Of a stretch of 64,000 nt of DNA, positions 18,512-28,817 are shown piece after piece (the first letter of the stretch is position 1; the number at the start of each line of letters is the position of its first letter). The notes beneath the pieces are model-generated. The model did no database searches, was not told the DNA's origin, and was given only the letters and a program-made list of their open reading frames with translations. The translations under genes and the position numbers were made by a program. Source of the DNA: an uncultured virus (IMG/VR IMGVR_UViG_3300032053_000035) (lineage: Duplodnaviria; Heunggongvirae; Uroviricota; Caudoviricetes); the IMG/VR virus record IMGVR_UViG_3300032053_000035, one strand, 5' to 3'.

Positions 18512-18964
18512 TCAGAACTGAATAATTATTCTGAAAACAATTGCTTGGCGCAAGGTCTTAGCAATAATCGGAAAATGACCTATTGCCATCAAAAATTGCG
18601 TTCCTACTTCTCCTGGGTCAACCGATGAGTAAACTATTTCCGCCCACAGCCCTATCTCGCCAAGGGAGGAGATGGCTTCTGACGATCCAAGTCGGCAATT
18701 GGCCACAAAAGTTTTAGGCGAAATATACTCAATTAGCACAATTGGTGCTATACCGACTGGCGGGTACACCTGCGCCTCAAGAGTCAACAGGCTAGTATCA
18801 AGCGGTTTGATTTTGACTGGGTTGGTGTCGTTGTAACCGCCACGTCCGACCGCAAAACCTCTAACCTCAAATGACACCTCTCCTAGCAACGCTCTGGCAA
18901 AGTTGGTTCGCCCTAAATCAGTAAGATTTCCGATAATGGGATCTGGCGTATCAATAAACGGCAT
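18512..18964 (-). CDS. Tail-collar/fibre-attachment-like protein, paralog of 27704..28135
   Basis: LTDLGR..FA...FAVG.GG...EIGL pattern of DUF3751-like tail-collar proteins. Confidence 0.7.
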   Translation of the reverse strand: MPFIDTPDPIIGNLTDLGRTNFARALLGEVSFEVRGFAVGRGGYNDTNPVKIKPLDTSLLTLEAQVYPPVGIAPIVLIEYISPKTFVANCRLGSSEAISSLGEIGLWAEIVYSSVDPGEVGTQFLMAIGHFPIIAKTLRQAIVFRIIIQF

Positions 18965-18984
18965 CGTCCAACCTCATGTCTTAA

Positions 18985-21900
18985 TTACCCAATCAAACTT
19001 CTCGCAATAAACACCAGCTCATAATTGGACGTTGGCAATGGCGCATTCCATGCAACAGTAAAACCCGACAACGTCTGGACAGTAATCACGACCGATTGGT
19101 AAGCTGGGTAGGCGTCAACCGAGTTTCTGATATTGCACATAACTATGTAACTAGCATCAATGTAGGGCTCATCAAACAGCACCGCTTGTGATGTCGTGCC
19201 GATAGTAAGGTCTTTTACACCACTAGCAAAAAATCCGACATTGGTTGCGTCAGTGGTACTGGCAGCAGGGGTCAGATCAACGGCATTAAACTTCCTTGTG
19301 TCATTAAGAGATGAATAAATGCCTTGGTTAAACGACAGCGTCAAAGTTCTAGAATAGTTGCAAACATAGATGCCAGTGAATGCCATTGCATAGCCGGAGG
19401 ACGACACATTTTTGGTGCGAGGATTTTCGATCTTGGCGGTAACCTTATGGTAACCAAAAGCAAAACCATACGCGCCTATGTTGCGACGTGAGTAAGAGGC
19501 CGAGTAAGCGTCTACCTGGTTACCAGTATAAGTGCCAACAATAGTGGCACTAACTACTGACTGGAGTTGGACGCTATCGACAGACACCTTAAATATGCCG
19601 TGGTCCGGACCAGTTATGTACTGAAGCTCAAAGGCCGAACCAAGGAAGTAGAACTCCATTTCCGCATCTTGGTTACCTGACGCTATGTACTTGTAATATG
19701 GAGTCTTAGCATAGTTTAGTATTACCTGCCAGTCAGCGTTGGCCACTAAGTTAACTGTCCACTTGGCATTGTCCGAACCAGCCACTACGCTGAAACTAGT
19801 ACCGCCGTTATCACTTACGACTGCCTGGCCATTTGCGTAAGGGTTAGCAGAATCAAGGCGCACCAGTAATTGATTGGTAGTGGCTGAGGTTACTTCCACG
19901 GTCCAAGCATATGTGGTGCTAGGGCTAAGGTTAACACCAGCAAAAGTAAACGCGCTGGGGGTGCCATAGGACGTGGACAGGGAGCTAGCCGCTACCGTGT
20001 TGGTGGAAGTAGCTACTGTTGAGGTTGGCACACCAGCAGCAGTGTTCCAAATTTTGCACACTACCTGGGCAGCGCTTATTTCTCCTGCCTGCTTTATGAT
20101 GTCTACTGTCACCGACGATAGCGCCGAACTTCCCAGCGTTGGTGTTAGGAAAGTGTTACCTCGCAAGCGCAGCGGCGAAAACTCTACAGGAGTGTTAGAG
20201 GTTCCGGGCTGGCTAACACCAATAGCCTCAGCAACAGGAGTACCAGTGAGATACGACATATGGTGAGTGGATGGGTAAAACACGCCACCAAGCGGGTACA
20301 AGAACGGTGCCGAAGTAAACCCTGACCTCGATGCTTCGTAGGCTGCTATTCTGCCTAGATCGGCGGTGCTAGTGGTGGTTCCGGGAACGACAGGGTCGAT
20401 AGGCAAGAACAGCATGATTTCGCTAAGAGCCAGGGCTCCTGACGTTGGTGTTATTACTACTTCGTGCGATTGGTATCTAGCATTGGAAAAGACGCTGTAC
20501 CGGCGTGCCGACCCAGCAGCAAGGGTTTCTGAGAAGTTCGGGGAACCATCAACGCTAATGTTAAATGTTACTGCTGAAGCGCTGTTGATTATTAAGTCCA
20601 GACGAGTAGACGTTACGCAAAATCTAATGTCAGAACCAAAAGCCGTATCGACAATTACAGCTTTGGCCACACCGGTAATATCGGCAATACCGGACACACC
20701 AACCGAAATGGCCTTCCCGGATATAAGAGTAAGGCCATCCCTGGAAACCACCATTCGGTCAGCCAAGTCAGGTTTGCTCAGATCTGTGCCAGAAGCGTCA
20801 GCAAAATCAGTCAAAAGGGAATATCTAGTCAGCAACTCCTCTTCTAAATTAGGTGCCGGTGAGCCAGTACTAGCGATATGGCGCAGCGTAACTGCATCAC
20901 CAGCATACGACGTTGCTGAATCCAACGTGATTACTGGCAATGCTAATACTGATATTCTTCTGATAACTGACGTTGTTACGTTAGCAACCAGAATAATGTC
21001 ATTAACCTTATAGTTGGTAAGTTTGCCAGCGCCAGCGGTAATGGTAACTACCGCCCCAGTTGCATTTCCTGACGGCGTGCCGCCAGCGTCCAGATCGGTA
21101 AGCTCACCAAAGCTAACTCCGTAAGATTGCTCAGCCAGGTAGTATGATGACTGGCCACCGCGAGATAAGGCTCCAATGGCAGAAATTGGTACGGAGTCGT
21201 CTATAGTGTCGCGCTTCAGTATCCTAGCTTCCTGGAAAGCCCTACCAGACTCAAGTAGCGCAAGACTGTCTGAGTTGTCCCTTACCATTTCGATACCAAA
21301 CACATCCAACGTTCCTACGGTGTTGGACAGAATTGAAATGGTAAGCGTAGTCGGTCTATTCGTAGGCAAGCCGGAGGCAAGAACCACGCGTTGGTACTTG
21401 GGACCTTCGTCGTTGGCCACATTTGCCGAGATGGCACCAATGGCGCTAGTAGACACCGTCACAGCCGCTTGGCCGTCAATGGAGACACCAAGAGGAGGGC
21501 TATTGGGTTTACGCCTAAGGAGAATGGCCACGCTGGTAAAGAAGCCAGTCAGCATAATGGAGCCATTGGCACCATCGTTTCTTACATATTTCTGCCGCGT
21601 CGGGCTGCGGTAATTTTCCCACGCGCCATAGAACACAACGCGTGGATCAAACCTTCCGTCAGCGTTGACGACGCCAAGTGCTACCTGTCCGCCAGGAACA
21701 GAGAACTCGTTGCTGATGGAAACCAGCGTTGCCACTTTGATGTGCTCGGCACCAAACGACAACTTCATTTCGGACAACAGCAAATTGCGAGGATTGAAGT
21801 TTATCTGTGTGGACCCATCCGGTGCGGTACCAACGGAGGTAACTATTGCGTTAGGAATTAGACCGGTAACAGCCGATACAATCCCTAGCGTATCGGCAGG

Positions 21901-23493
21901 ATCGTTAACGGCTGTCACGTTGTACAAGTTGCCAGCGCCATCCCTAAATAGATCGCCGATGCGGACGCCGGACAGATTTACTGGGCTAGCAAAAGTGACT
22001 ACGCCGACAGCATATGAGAAAGACACTAAGCCAGTGTTAGAGAAAGTATAAACTAGGCTAACGCCAACGTTTTTCACAAACGAGGGGCCGTAAATGGGGT
22101 CTTGCGACAGCCTAACAAAATCATCGTTAGCAGCTACGACATTGGTTTCCAGCACGGTCCCAAGGTAAGAACCAACATCGTCCAAGTCGCTGCGCAGGTT
22201 TATGTTTTGCTCGCGGGTTGGCGTTGGGTCAGCAAAGGCTCTACCCTTGATGTTGGCTATTCTCTCGATAGCTAGCCCTGGAACTATCGTAGTAGCTGGC
22301 GTTGGTAGCATTACTACGTTGCGCCCAACGGTCTGCAACACTTTTCTCTTGCCATAGATAAGCCGCGAGTATGAATCTACTGGGCCATCGCACGAAACGT
22401 ACAAATCGCCGGTAAAGAACCCATCGGCGTCTACGTTAACATCAGTGGATGGGTCCAGCGGGATGGAAAGGAATGGATCAAGAAAGAGGCCGTTAACGTT
22501 AACTGCCTCCTCGGCTAGGTTAACGTATCCAAGATCGGTCAGCCCGAGAAGTGCGAACATGTTATTGGCCGACCCAACTCCGCCAGTTCCAACAAATGCT
22601 GGGCTGTCCACCACCGGCACAACAATAATGCTGCTGCCTACCGGGAAAATTAACTGTGTGGGCTCCGCAATAGCATATTCTGCTGTTATGTATCTATTGG
22701 CGTTAGACGGCGACCCATCAGAGCCTAACAGCGCGTCATTTTCGTTTTGCGTTGGCAACCGCGTATCTAGCTCAGTAACATACCTGTTAACGGCACTTGG
22801 CGAACCGCTAGAACCCAACGCGGCATCGGCTTGACTATCAGTAAGGTGAATCTCATTGGTAAATAGGTTGGCCCTGTGCTGAGCCAAATCAGTAGCCAAC
22901 GAGCCGATGCTGGTGATGTCTACCCAGTTAATCCCATTCCACGAGTATAGAGTGGGAGCGTCACCGATGCCTTCTGTTACCACCCAGATGTCACCTGGTT
23001 TGATGGTGTTAGGATCAGCCGGTAGGTCAATAGCATAAGCTAATCTGCCACGAAAGGCATCTCGGCCACGCTTGTCCTGCTCCTCTCTGGTAGCATAAGA
23101 GATATCAGTAACTAGGAAGTCAACAGCTGGACTGGACTTGGTAACAGTAGCAAACACTACGTGGTCGGCTCTGTTTATTAAGCCATTAAACACTGACACT
23201 TCTATCACAACAAGCTCAAGATCTGGCGGTGCTCCGATAAGATGCTTTGCTCTTAGCGCGATGACTGATGTCTGATCAAGCGGCACAGTGATAGTTGCTG
23301 ACTGAGTATCTTCGACCAACATGCCATCGTTAGACATACATGTGAATGACTCCACTGCTACTGACAACTGCCCAGTCACTGGCGTTACTGCTCCGCCAGT
23401 TAACACGCCACGATCAAACAGGCCGCCAAACCGCTTGTTCATATCCGCAGTTGAATCGTCGTTTCGCCACTTAAGTACCGCCGAAAGAGTCAT
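18985..23493 (-). CDS. Giant tail fibre/baseplate protein (1502 aa), paralog of 23520..27554
   Basis: Shares blocks LKWRN, HRANLFT, TQ.ENDAL.GSDG.PS, NARYQSHE and the C-terminal WNAPLPT.NY with its neighbour. Confidence 0.8.
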   Translation of the reverse strand: MTLSAVLKWRNDDSTADMNKRFGGLFDRGVLTGGAVTPVTGQLSVAVESFTCMSNDGMLVEDTQSATITVPLDQTSVIALRAKHLIGAPPDLELVVIEVSVFNGLINRADHVVFATVTKSSPAVDFLVTDISYATREEQDKRGRDAFRGRLAYAIDLPADPNTIKPGDIWVVTEGIGDAPTLYSWNGINWVDITSIGSLATDLAQHRANLFTNEIHLTDSQADAALGSSGSPSAVNRYVTELDTRLPTQNENDALLGSDGSPSNANRYITAEYAIAEPTQLIFPVGSSIIVVPVVDSPAFVGTGGVGSANNMFALLGLTDLGYVNLAEEAVNVNGLFLDPFLSIPLDPSTDVNVDADGFFTGDLYVSCDGPVDSYSRLIYGKRKVLQTVGRNVVMLPTPATTIVPGLAIERIANIKGRAFADPTPTREQNINLRSDLDDVGSYLGTVLETNVVAANDDFVRLSQDPIYGPSFVKNVGVSLVYTFSNTGLVSFSYAVGVVTFASPVNLSGVRIGDLFRDGAGNLYNVTAVNDPADTLGIVSAVTGLIPNAIVTSVGTAPDGSTQINFNPRNLLLSEMKLSFGAEHIKVATLVSISNEFSVPGGQVALGVVNADGRFDPRVVFYGAWENYRSPTRQKYVRNDGANGSIMLTGFFTSVAILLRRKPNSPPLGVSIDGQAAVTVSTSAIGAISANVANDEGPKYQRVVLASGLPTNRPTTLTISILSNTVGTLDVFGIEMVRDNSDSLALLESGRAFQEARILKRDTIDDSVPISAIGALSRGGQSSYYLAEQSYGVSFGELTDLDAGGTPSGNATGAVVTITAGAGKLTNYKVNDIILVANVTTSVIRRISVLALPVITLDSATSYAGDAVTLRHIASTGSPAPNLEEELLTRYSLLTDFADASGTDLSKPDLADRMVVSRDGLTLISGKAISVGVSGIADITGVAKAVIVDTAFGSDIRFCVTSTRLDLIINSASAVTFNISVDGSPNFSETLAAGSARRYSVFSNARYQSHEVVITPTSGALALSEIMLFLPIDPVVPGTTTSTADLGRIAAYEASRSGFTSAPFLYPLGGVFYPSTHHMSYLTGTPVAEAIGVSQPGTSNTPVEFSPLRLRGNTFLTPTLGSSALSSVTVDIIKQAGEISAAQVVCKIWNTAAGVPTSTVATSTNTVAASSLSTSYGTPSAFTFAGVNLSPSTTYAWTVEVTSATTNQLLVRLDSANPYANGQAVVSDNGGTSFSVVAGSDNAKWTVNLVANADWQVILNYAKTPYYKYIASGNQDAEMEFYFLGSAFELQYITGPDHGIFKVSVDSVQLQSVVSATIVGTYTGNQVDAYSASYSRRNIGAYGFAFGYHKVTAKIENPRTKNVSSSGYAMAFTGIYVCNYSRTLTLSFNQGIYSSLNDTRKFNAVDLTPAASTTDATNVGFFASGVKDLTIGTTSQAVLFDEPYIDASYIVMCNIRNSVDAYPAYQSVVITVQTLSGFTVAWNAPLPTSNYELVFIARSLIG

Positions 23494-23519
23494 ATCAAAC
23501 CCTCTGAGTGTCTGCCTAG

Positions 23520-26500
23520 TTAATATGCAATAGCTATGAAGCTTAGCAAGTAATTACCAGTAGGTAATGGAGCATTCCAAGACGCCGTAAAACCGGTCAC
23601 ACTAATAGCTGTCACCACTATCGGCTGGAAGTTTGGCGCTACATCCACCGTGTTGATCATGGTACACGTCACAGCAAAGCTGGCAGTAGTGAAAATAGAA
23701 AATAGCACATTTACCGACGTAGCGCCAGGAGACAACACGACAATACTGGCCAAAAACTTGTCCAAAAGTACCGTTCTTACTGACAGCACTTCCTCTTTGG
23801 CTATGGCTCCGCTGTCAAAATTACGGTCGTCCCTATGAGCTTCTAGACCGAATGCAAAATCAAAAGGTCTGGACCCCCTCGAAGGCGTTACGGCCAGCTT
23901 ACCATCGTAGTTGATCAGATAGAATAGGCCGACACTGATCGCAAATCCTGTACTGGACGGATTCTTTTGTCTAGGAGTTTGGATGCTGACTTTGATTGTG
24001 TATCGGCCATAAACCAAACCAGTTACGGAAGCTTTTTTCCTCACCGGGGTGGCTGACGCCGTGTACATGTCAAGCTCACCAGTAGCAGCAGTAACGCCCT
24101 TGTATGCAGACCCTGCAAAGTTGGCGGTTGTGGCAAGAATGTTATTAATGAACACCAACGGCTTACCATAGTCAGACTTAGCAAAATACTCTAACTCAAA
24201 GCCCTGTCCAATAAACTGGTACTCAAAATAGCTACCTTCCAAAGAGCAAATAAGCGCCCTGCCCCACGACGGATTAAGGGCGTAATCATATGAGTAGGCC
24301 CACGCCGTACCAACACCAACTCCGTTAACATACACGCCGCCCATGATAAATGGGTCGACAGCCACGGCTCCTGTTGGTACCACAGCACCAGCTTGTGATA
24401 AGCTGACTCCGTATCTAGCTAGCACATTTCTTGTTGAGAGCAGAGCCCCTTCTGGCACACTGGGCAGAGTAGGTTGATGAATTATGATGCCAGTGACATT
24501 AAGTCCTGAGGCTACTGTTATTACTGCCTCGTGAGATTGATAACGAGCGTTCAACCATAGTGGTATTCTTGTTAACCCAGAAACGGTTAGTACCTGCGAA
24601 TAGGCTGGGCTGCCATCAATAGAAATGCTTACCGTCACACTGGATGAATTAACTACCAGTATGTCCAGACGCGAAGCAACTGCCCTGATAGTAAGTATTG
24701 ACGTGTTGTCAACCAACTCTAGCCCAACACTAGCTCCGTCAATACCAGTGGCTGAATACATAACGTTCTTGGCAGCCACCATGGTGGTGCCGTCTTCTAC
24801 GGTAAAAATACGGTCAGCTGGCGCGAAGAATGGCAATGTAAAGTCGACTGACTGGCGAGCGCCAAGCTCATCGATGCCGTATCTGGTGTACTCGTTGGTT
24901 GGGTCTGCCGGGTCGCCAACAGTGGATGCAACGTGGATCAGAACAGCAGCACCAGTGCCTGTCACGTTAGAAGTAAATACTACTTGGCCGATACCAGGAC
25001 CAATCGACAATATTCTTAAGGTTTCCTCGACAAGAGCTGTTACCAGCTTAACAATATCTCCGGCCTTGAAGTTGGCAAACTTAAGTAATCCTGACACTAC
25101 TGTAAAATTTGGGAAACCTGGCGAGGCGGTGCCAGCTGGTACCCCAATAACGCCATCAAAATCGCCCATCGTGTATGCCGTTGTTTGCTGCGCTAGGGAC
25201 CTGTTGATGAATCTGGTAACAACTGCGCCACGGCCTAACGCGGCAACAGTCAGCGGAGTATAGGACAGATAAGCGTCGGCTTTGTAGAGATCCGACTGGA
25301 CAAACGAACGGCCTGGTAAGATTGCGATCACGGTTTGGTCGGCCCTAACTAAGTCAAAGCCGTAGAAAACGATAGGGTCAGCAGCGTTGCCGATATCAAT
25401 TCTTACCGTGTGCGGAACTAGGTCAGACAGCCCAGTAACCACAGTCACGTTTTGGACCCGCAAGTCAGCATCAGTACCAAGATCGGCAACAGTGCCGGAC
25501 CTGGATAGGTTAATAACAGTGCCGACCGGATTGCCATCTACCCTGACTGTTATGGAAGGCGAACCAGAGAACAAACTGGCCAGCATGTACAAATCAGTGA
25601 ACACACCTGTTATAAGCAAAATGCCGGTGCCGGTGCAAACTACTTTCGCAGAACCCTCTGAACCAGAATTAATAAACCCACCATACAAGCGTAGTCTGGG
25701 CTCCGGATAGAAAGAACTTCTTAGCGGTTTCCTAACCTGATAGGCCACGTTGCCAGTAGGTGGGAAAAACTCGTTCGGTACAGATTCTATCTCTCTGACG
25801 AAAATTCGGTCACGAGTACCAAGGGTTCCTAAATCTGCCAAGTTAATCTGGCGAGGATTGTTGTCCGGCTTAGTGCTACCATGGGCTGAATCAGTAATAA
25901 CAGTGTTTATTGCGGCTGGTGTCGCACCTGTCCTAGTTTGGATAGTGAGAGTGCTAGTAGTTGGCACTGTCAGTATTATGTATTCAACACCGGACCCATC
26001 AATAAACACGTTACCTGGTATAGTGGCCACTGGCAGTACGGCAGCAGCATAGGTAACCAAACCAGCCGAATAGGAGAAAGCGGTCAATAAAGTGTTGGCA
26101 TAGGTGTAGCTAGGTGGTATTCCAATATTTGTTGGAAAATCAGCGGTGAACTCAGGAACGCCGTCAAGTTTAGAGAAATCGCCAACAACATGATCGGCTA
26201 AGAACACAGCAGACAGGTACTCTTTGATGTCTACTATATCTTTCCGCAGCTCTATATTTTGTTCAGGTACCGGGGGTACGATGTCAAATGGTCTACCTTT
26301 GATGTCCTCTATCGTTTTAATTAGCTCAGCTGAGGTTTGGCCGTCATTAATATTGCGGCGAAGCAAGGTATCTATTGGCAAAATACCCATGGTTCTGCGA
26401 CGACCATAACCAACACGAAAATCAACATCAGGTTGGACTGGTGAAAAACTTAGGTACAGGTCGCCAGTGTAAAACCCGTCAACGTCAACATTAGGATTTG

Positions 26501-27554
26501 TGGAAGGGTCTAACTCGCCAGTCAGTAGGGGGTCAGCAAAGACGCCCCCTACTGACACTATGGCACCGGTAGTGTTTACTAGCCCTCTTGGCTCAGTAAT
26601 ATGAAAGTACTTAAAGTATTGGTTGGCAGACCCGACAACACCGAGACCTACGAAAAATTGACCTTCTGCGGTCAACATCTCTGCCGACGTAACGCCCACG
26701 CCTATTGCTTTTTCGTCTGGTACGGCAAGTGGATACTCTTCTGTAAGATACAAATTGCCACTTGATGGCGCCCCATCGGAGCCAGCAAGAGCATCATTTT
26801 CGAACTGAGTAGGTATGCGCGTATCAACGTCGTCTATTAGCTTATTTGCACTTCCTACTGGCGTACCAGAAGTGCCGACAACCGCTAACTTTTCGTCGTC
26901 AGTTAGATGCTTTTCGTCAGTAAACAGATTGGCTCTATGCGCAGCCAGGTCCGACGTGATTTGGATAACGTCGGTCATGGAGACCCACTGCATACCGTCC
27001 CAGCCATATAGCATGGTTGGGCCACCAACTCCGTCCACCACCATGTAAAAATCGCCAGTCTGATTAAACAAGGCGCTAGGCAGACCAGATGGGTTGTTGA
27101 CTTTGCCTCTGAATTGGCTGCGACCAAGCCTATCCAGAGTAGTTCTCTCAGTTAAATCTATGTACCCGGTCAACACTTCTGTGGCTATTGCTGGCACTAC
27201 TATGTGGCCAAAAACCACATATTCGCTCTGGTTGGGCATACCATTAAAGACCGACAGTTCGATGCCAGTAATGTCAACAGTTGGTTCATTGTTTTGCACA
27301 TAAACAGCATGGCATACTACTACTGTGGTTTGCCCAGCTGGTGTATTAATCCTGGTTGTGTCGAAAGTCTCTTCCACAACCATGCCATCAAAGCTTACTA
27401 GCTTAAATGGCAGTAGATCTACTTTTAGCTGTAGCAGAACTGGCACTATCGTTCCGCCCTCAAATACTCCTGAGGAAATAAGGCCAACATAGCGGTCATT
27501 AATGTCTGCTGATAGGTCTAAGTTTCGCCACTTAAGAAGTGTTCTGATTGTCAC
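23520..27554 (-). CDS. Giant tail fibre/baseplate protein (1344 aa)
   Basis: Tandem paralog of 18985..23493; beta-rich; GGAG RBS. Confidence 0.8.
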   Translation of the reverse strand: MTIRTLLKWRNLDLSADINDRYVGLISSGVFEGGTIVPVLLQLKVDLLPFKLVSFDGMVVEETFDTTRINTPAGQTTVVVCHAVYVQNNEPTVDITGIELSVFNGMPNQSEYVVFGHIVVPAIATEVLTGYIDLTERTTLDRLGRSQFRGKVNNPSGLPSALFNQTGDFYMVVDGVGGPTMLYGWDGMQWVSMTDVIQITSDLAAHRANLFTDEKHLTDDEKLAVVGTSGTPVGSANKLIDDVDTRIPTQFENDALAGSDGAPSSGNLYLTEEYPLAVPDEKAIGVGVTSAEMLTAEGQFFVGLGVVGSANQYFKYFHITEPRGLVNTTGAIVSVGGVFADPLLTGELDPSTNPNVDVDGFYTGDLYLSFSPVQPDVDFRVGYGRRRTMGILPIDTLLRRNINDGQTSAELIKTIEDIKGRPFDIVPPVPEQNIELRKDIVDIKEYLSAVFLADHVVGDFSKLDGVPEFTADFPTNIGIPPSYTYANTLLTAFSYSAGLVTYAAAVLPVATIPGNVFIDGSGVEYIILTVPTTSTLTIQTRTGATPAAINTVITDSAHGSTKPDNNPRQINLADLGTLGTRDRIFVREIESVPNEFFPPTGNVAYQVRKPLRSSFYPEPRLRLYGGFINSGSEGSAKVVCTGTGILLITGVFTDLYMLASLFSGSPSITVRVDGNPVGTVINLSRSGTVADLGTDADLRVQNVTVVTGLSDLVPHTVRIDIGNAADPIVFYGFDLVRADQTVIAILPGRSFVQSDLYKADAYLSYTPLTVAALGRGAVVTRFINRSLAQQTTAYTMGDFDGVIGVPAGTASPGFPNFTVVSGLLKFANFKAGDIVKLVTALVEETLRILSIGPGIGQVVFTSNVTGTGAAVLIHVASTVGDPADPTNEYTRYGIDELGARQSVDFTLPFFAPADRIFTVEDGTTMVAAKNVMYSATGIDGASVGLELVDNTSILTIRAVASRLDILVVNSSSVTVSISIDGSPAYSQVLTVSGLTRIPLWLNARYQSHEAVITVASGLNVTGIIIHQPTLPSVPEGALLSTRNVLARYGVSLSQAGAVVPTGAVAVDPFIMGGVYVNGVGVGTAWAYSYDYALNPSWGRALICSLEGSYFEYQFIGQGFELEYFAKSDYGKPLVFINNILATTANFAGSAYKGVTAATGELDMYTASATPVRKKASVTGLVYGRYTIKVSIQTPRQKNPSSTGFAISVGLFYLINYDGKLAVTPSRGSRPFDFAFGLEAHRDDRNFDSGAIAKEEVLSVRTVLLDKFLASIVVLSPGATSVNVLFSIFTTASFAVTCTMINTVDVAPNFQPIVVTAISVTGFTASWNAPLPTGNYLLSFIAIAY

Positions 27555-27652
27555 GTTGGAACTCCCGTTCTTAAACAGCCGAGGCTAATCGACCCGCGCT
27601 GGTCATACGCTCTATGTAGCTAAGATAAGTCTAGGGATTTTTAGATAGAACG

Positions 27653-27675
27653 ACGCCCACTTTAGCAGTGGGCGT
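27653..27675. terminator. Hairpin, probable terminator after 27704..28135
   Basis: ACGCCCACT-TTAGC-AGTGGGCGT; the U-tract is weak. Confidence 0.5.
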
Positions 27676-27703
27676 TTAAATGTTAAGAAGTCAATATGGC
27701 AGG

Positions 27704-28135
27704 TCAGAATTGGACCTGCACAGAGAAGCTGAGAGAGGACGCATCTGTTTTTATGATTAGCGGAAAGTTGGCAACACTGAATAGGAAGGTAGTACCAACC
27801 AGCGGGTCACCACCTATCGGTGAATAGGTGTATGTGGCAATCAGCCCTATGTTGGACAGCGGACCAACCGCCTCCAACTGGTCTAACTCGCACAAATATT
27901 CAACACAATATGGAGAAATAAGAGTCTTAGACGAAATCGGCTTTGGTCCAAAGCTTTGCAGCGGAAGCGTAGTGCTAGTAGGGTCAGGGGTCAGAGCCAC
28001 GGCCACGTCGCCAGGGTCATGACCGCCCTCGCCAGCCACAAAATCTGTAATGGTGAAGGCACGACCTACCGAGAGCATCTCTGCGAACTTAGATCGAGCG
28101 AGATCAGTTATAGTAGCAACAATTGCCTGAGCCAT
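27704..28135 (-). CDS. Tail-collar/fibre-attachment-like protein, paralog of 18512..18964
   Basis: ITDLARSKFA...FVAGEGG...NIGL...FP.I.KT...QF, as in the paralog. Confidence 0.7.
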   Translation of the reverse strand: MAQAIVATITDLARSKFAEMLSVGRAFTITDFVAGEGGHDPGDVAVALTPDPTSTTLPLQSFGPKPISSKTLISPYCVEYLCELDQLEAVGPLSNIGLIATYTYSPIGGDPLVGTTFLFSVANFPLIIKTDASSLSFSVQVQF

Positions 28136-28152
28136 CTAGTCACCCATGTCTG

Positions 28153-28368
28153 TTATCGTGAAAGTACGTCCTCAGGTGCCTCAAATAGTTGGTCTTCTGG
28201 TCTTACCACTGTTATGAGCTGATGAATGCCATGGTCCAACATCTCAAATATGCGTATCGGGTATACCATCTGCTTAGCTGCCCAGGTAGCATCCTTCAAG
28301 GCCTTATCCAGCTCGGTATAAGTATTGTCGCGCTGGTTAGCTTCCAAACCCAAGTAATAATAGCTCAC
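28153..28368 (-). CDS. Hypothetical protein
   Basis: 71-aa ORF with AGGAG RBS. Confidence 0.7.
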   Translation of the reverse strand: MSYYYLGLEANQRDNTYTELDKALKDATWAAKQMVYPIRIFEMLDHGIHQLITVVRPEDQLFEAPEDVLSR

Positions 28369-28389
28369 ATTTACTCCTACGGTTATTTA

Positions 28390-28459
28390 GGCTAGTCCCA
28401 GGACTTGAACCTGGATCTCGTGCAACCAGTGCTGCTTGCTCTTATTGAGCTAAACTAAC
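28390..28459 (-). tRNA. tRNA-like element/pseudo-tRNA with a non-canonical anticodon arm
   Basis: Acceptor GTTAGTT/GACTAGC, D arm GCTC-AATAA-GAGC and T arm CCAGG-TTCAAGT-CCTGG. The anticodon arm GCAGC-ACTG-GTTGC has no 7-nt loop, and no CCA is encoded. Confidence 0.65.
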
Positions 28460-28488
28460 CTAGCACAATCTAACCACGCGACACAGTA

Positions 28489-28800
28489 TCACTTGAACGA
28501 ACCCTTGTCCTGGGCTGTTTGTTTAGACTTTGGTGCTAATTGTACTGGCTGATTAGCATCAGCCTCTTTGCGCTTTTCTGCTCTTGCTAATTCCTCAGCA
28601 TCAACAATGTCTTGCCTACCTGACGAGAATCTGACAACGTAGTGCTCCATTGGCAGTTCAATGCGCTCTCTGCCTTCGCTCTGAAAGTACCTGATTGGGC
28701 TAGAGTTGATGGTTTTCTCGAAAACTCCATCTTGTACAATACCAGTAAGTACCATTTCTTTGCCAGTGACGTTATTAGTAGCTGTAACGGTGTATGCCAT
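28489..28800 (-). CDS. Hypothetical protein, paralog of 2512..2718
   Basis: Shares the RIE.PM...V.F...RQ motif; AAGG RBS. Confidence 0.75.
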   Translation of the reverse strand: MAYTVTATNNVTGKEMVLTGIVQDGVFEKTINSSPIRYFQSEGRERIELPMEHYVVRFSSGRQDIVDAEELARAEKRKEADANQPVQLAPKSKQTAQDKGSFK

Positions 28801-28817
28801 GTTTGTACCTTATTAAA

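Noticed and set aside
19973..27401. Numerous plus-strand ORFs of 60-215 aa
   Set aside because: They are antisense shadows of the giant tail genes, with no RBS or recognisable motifs.
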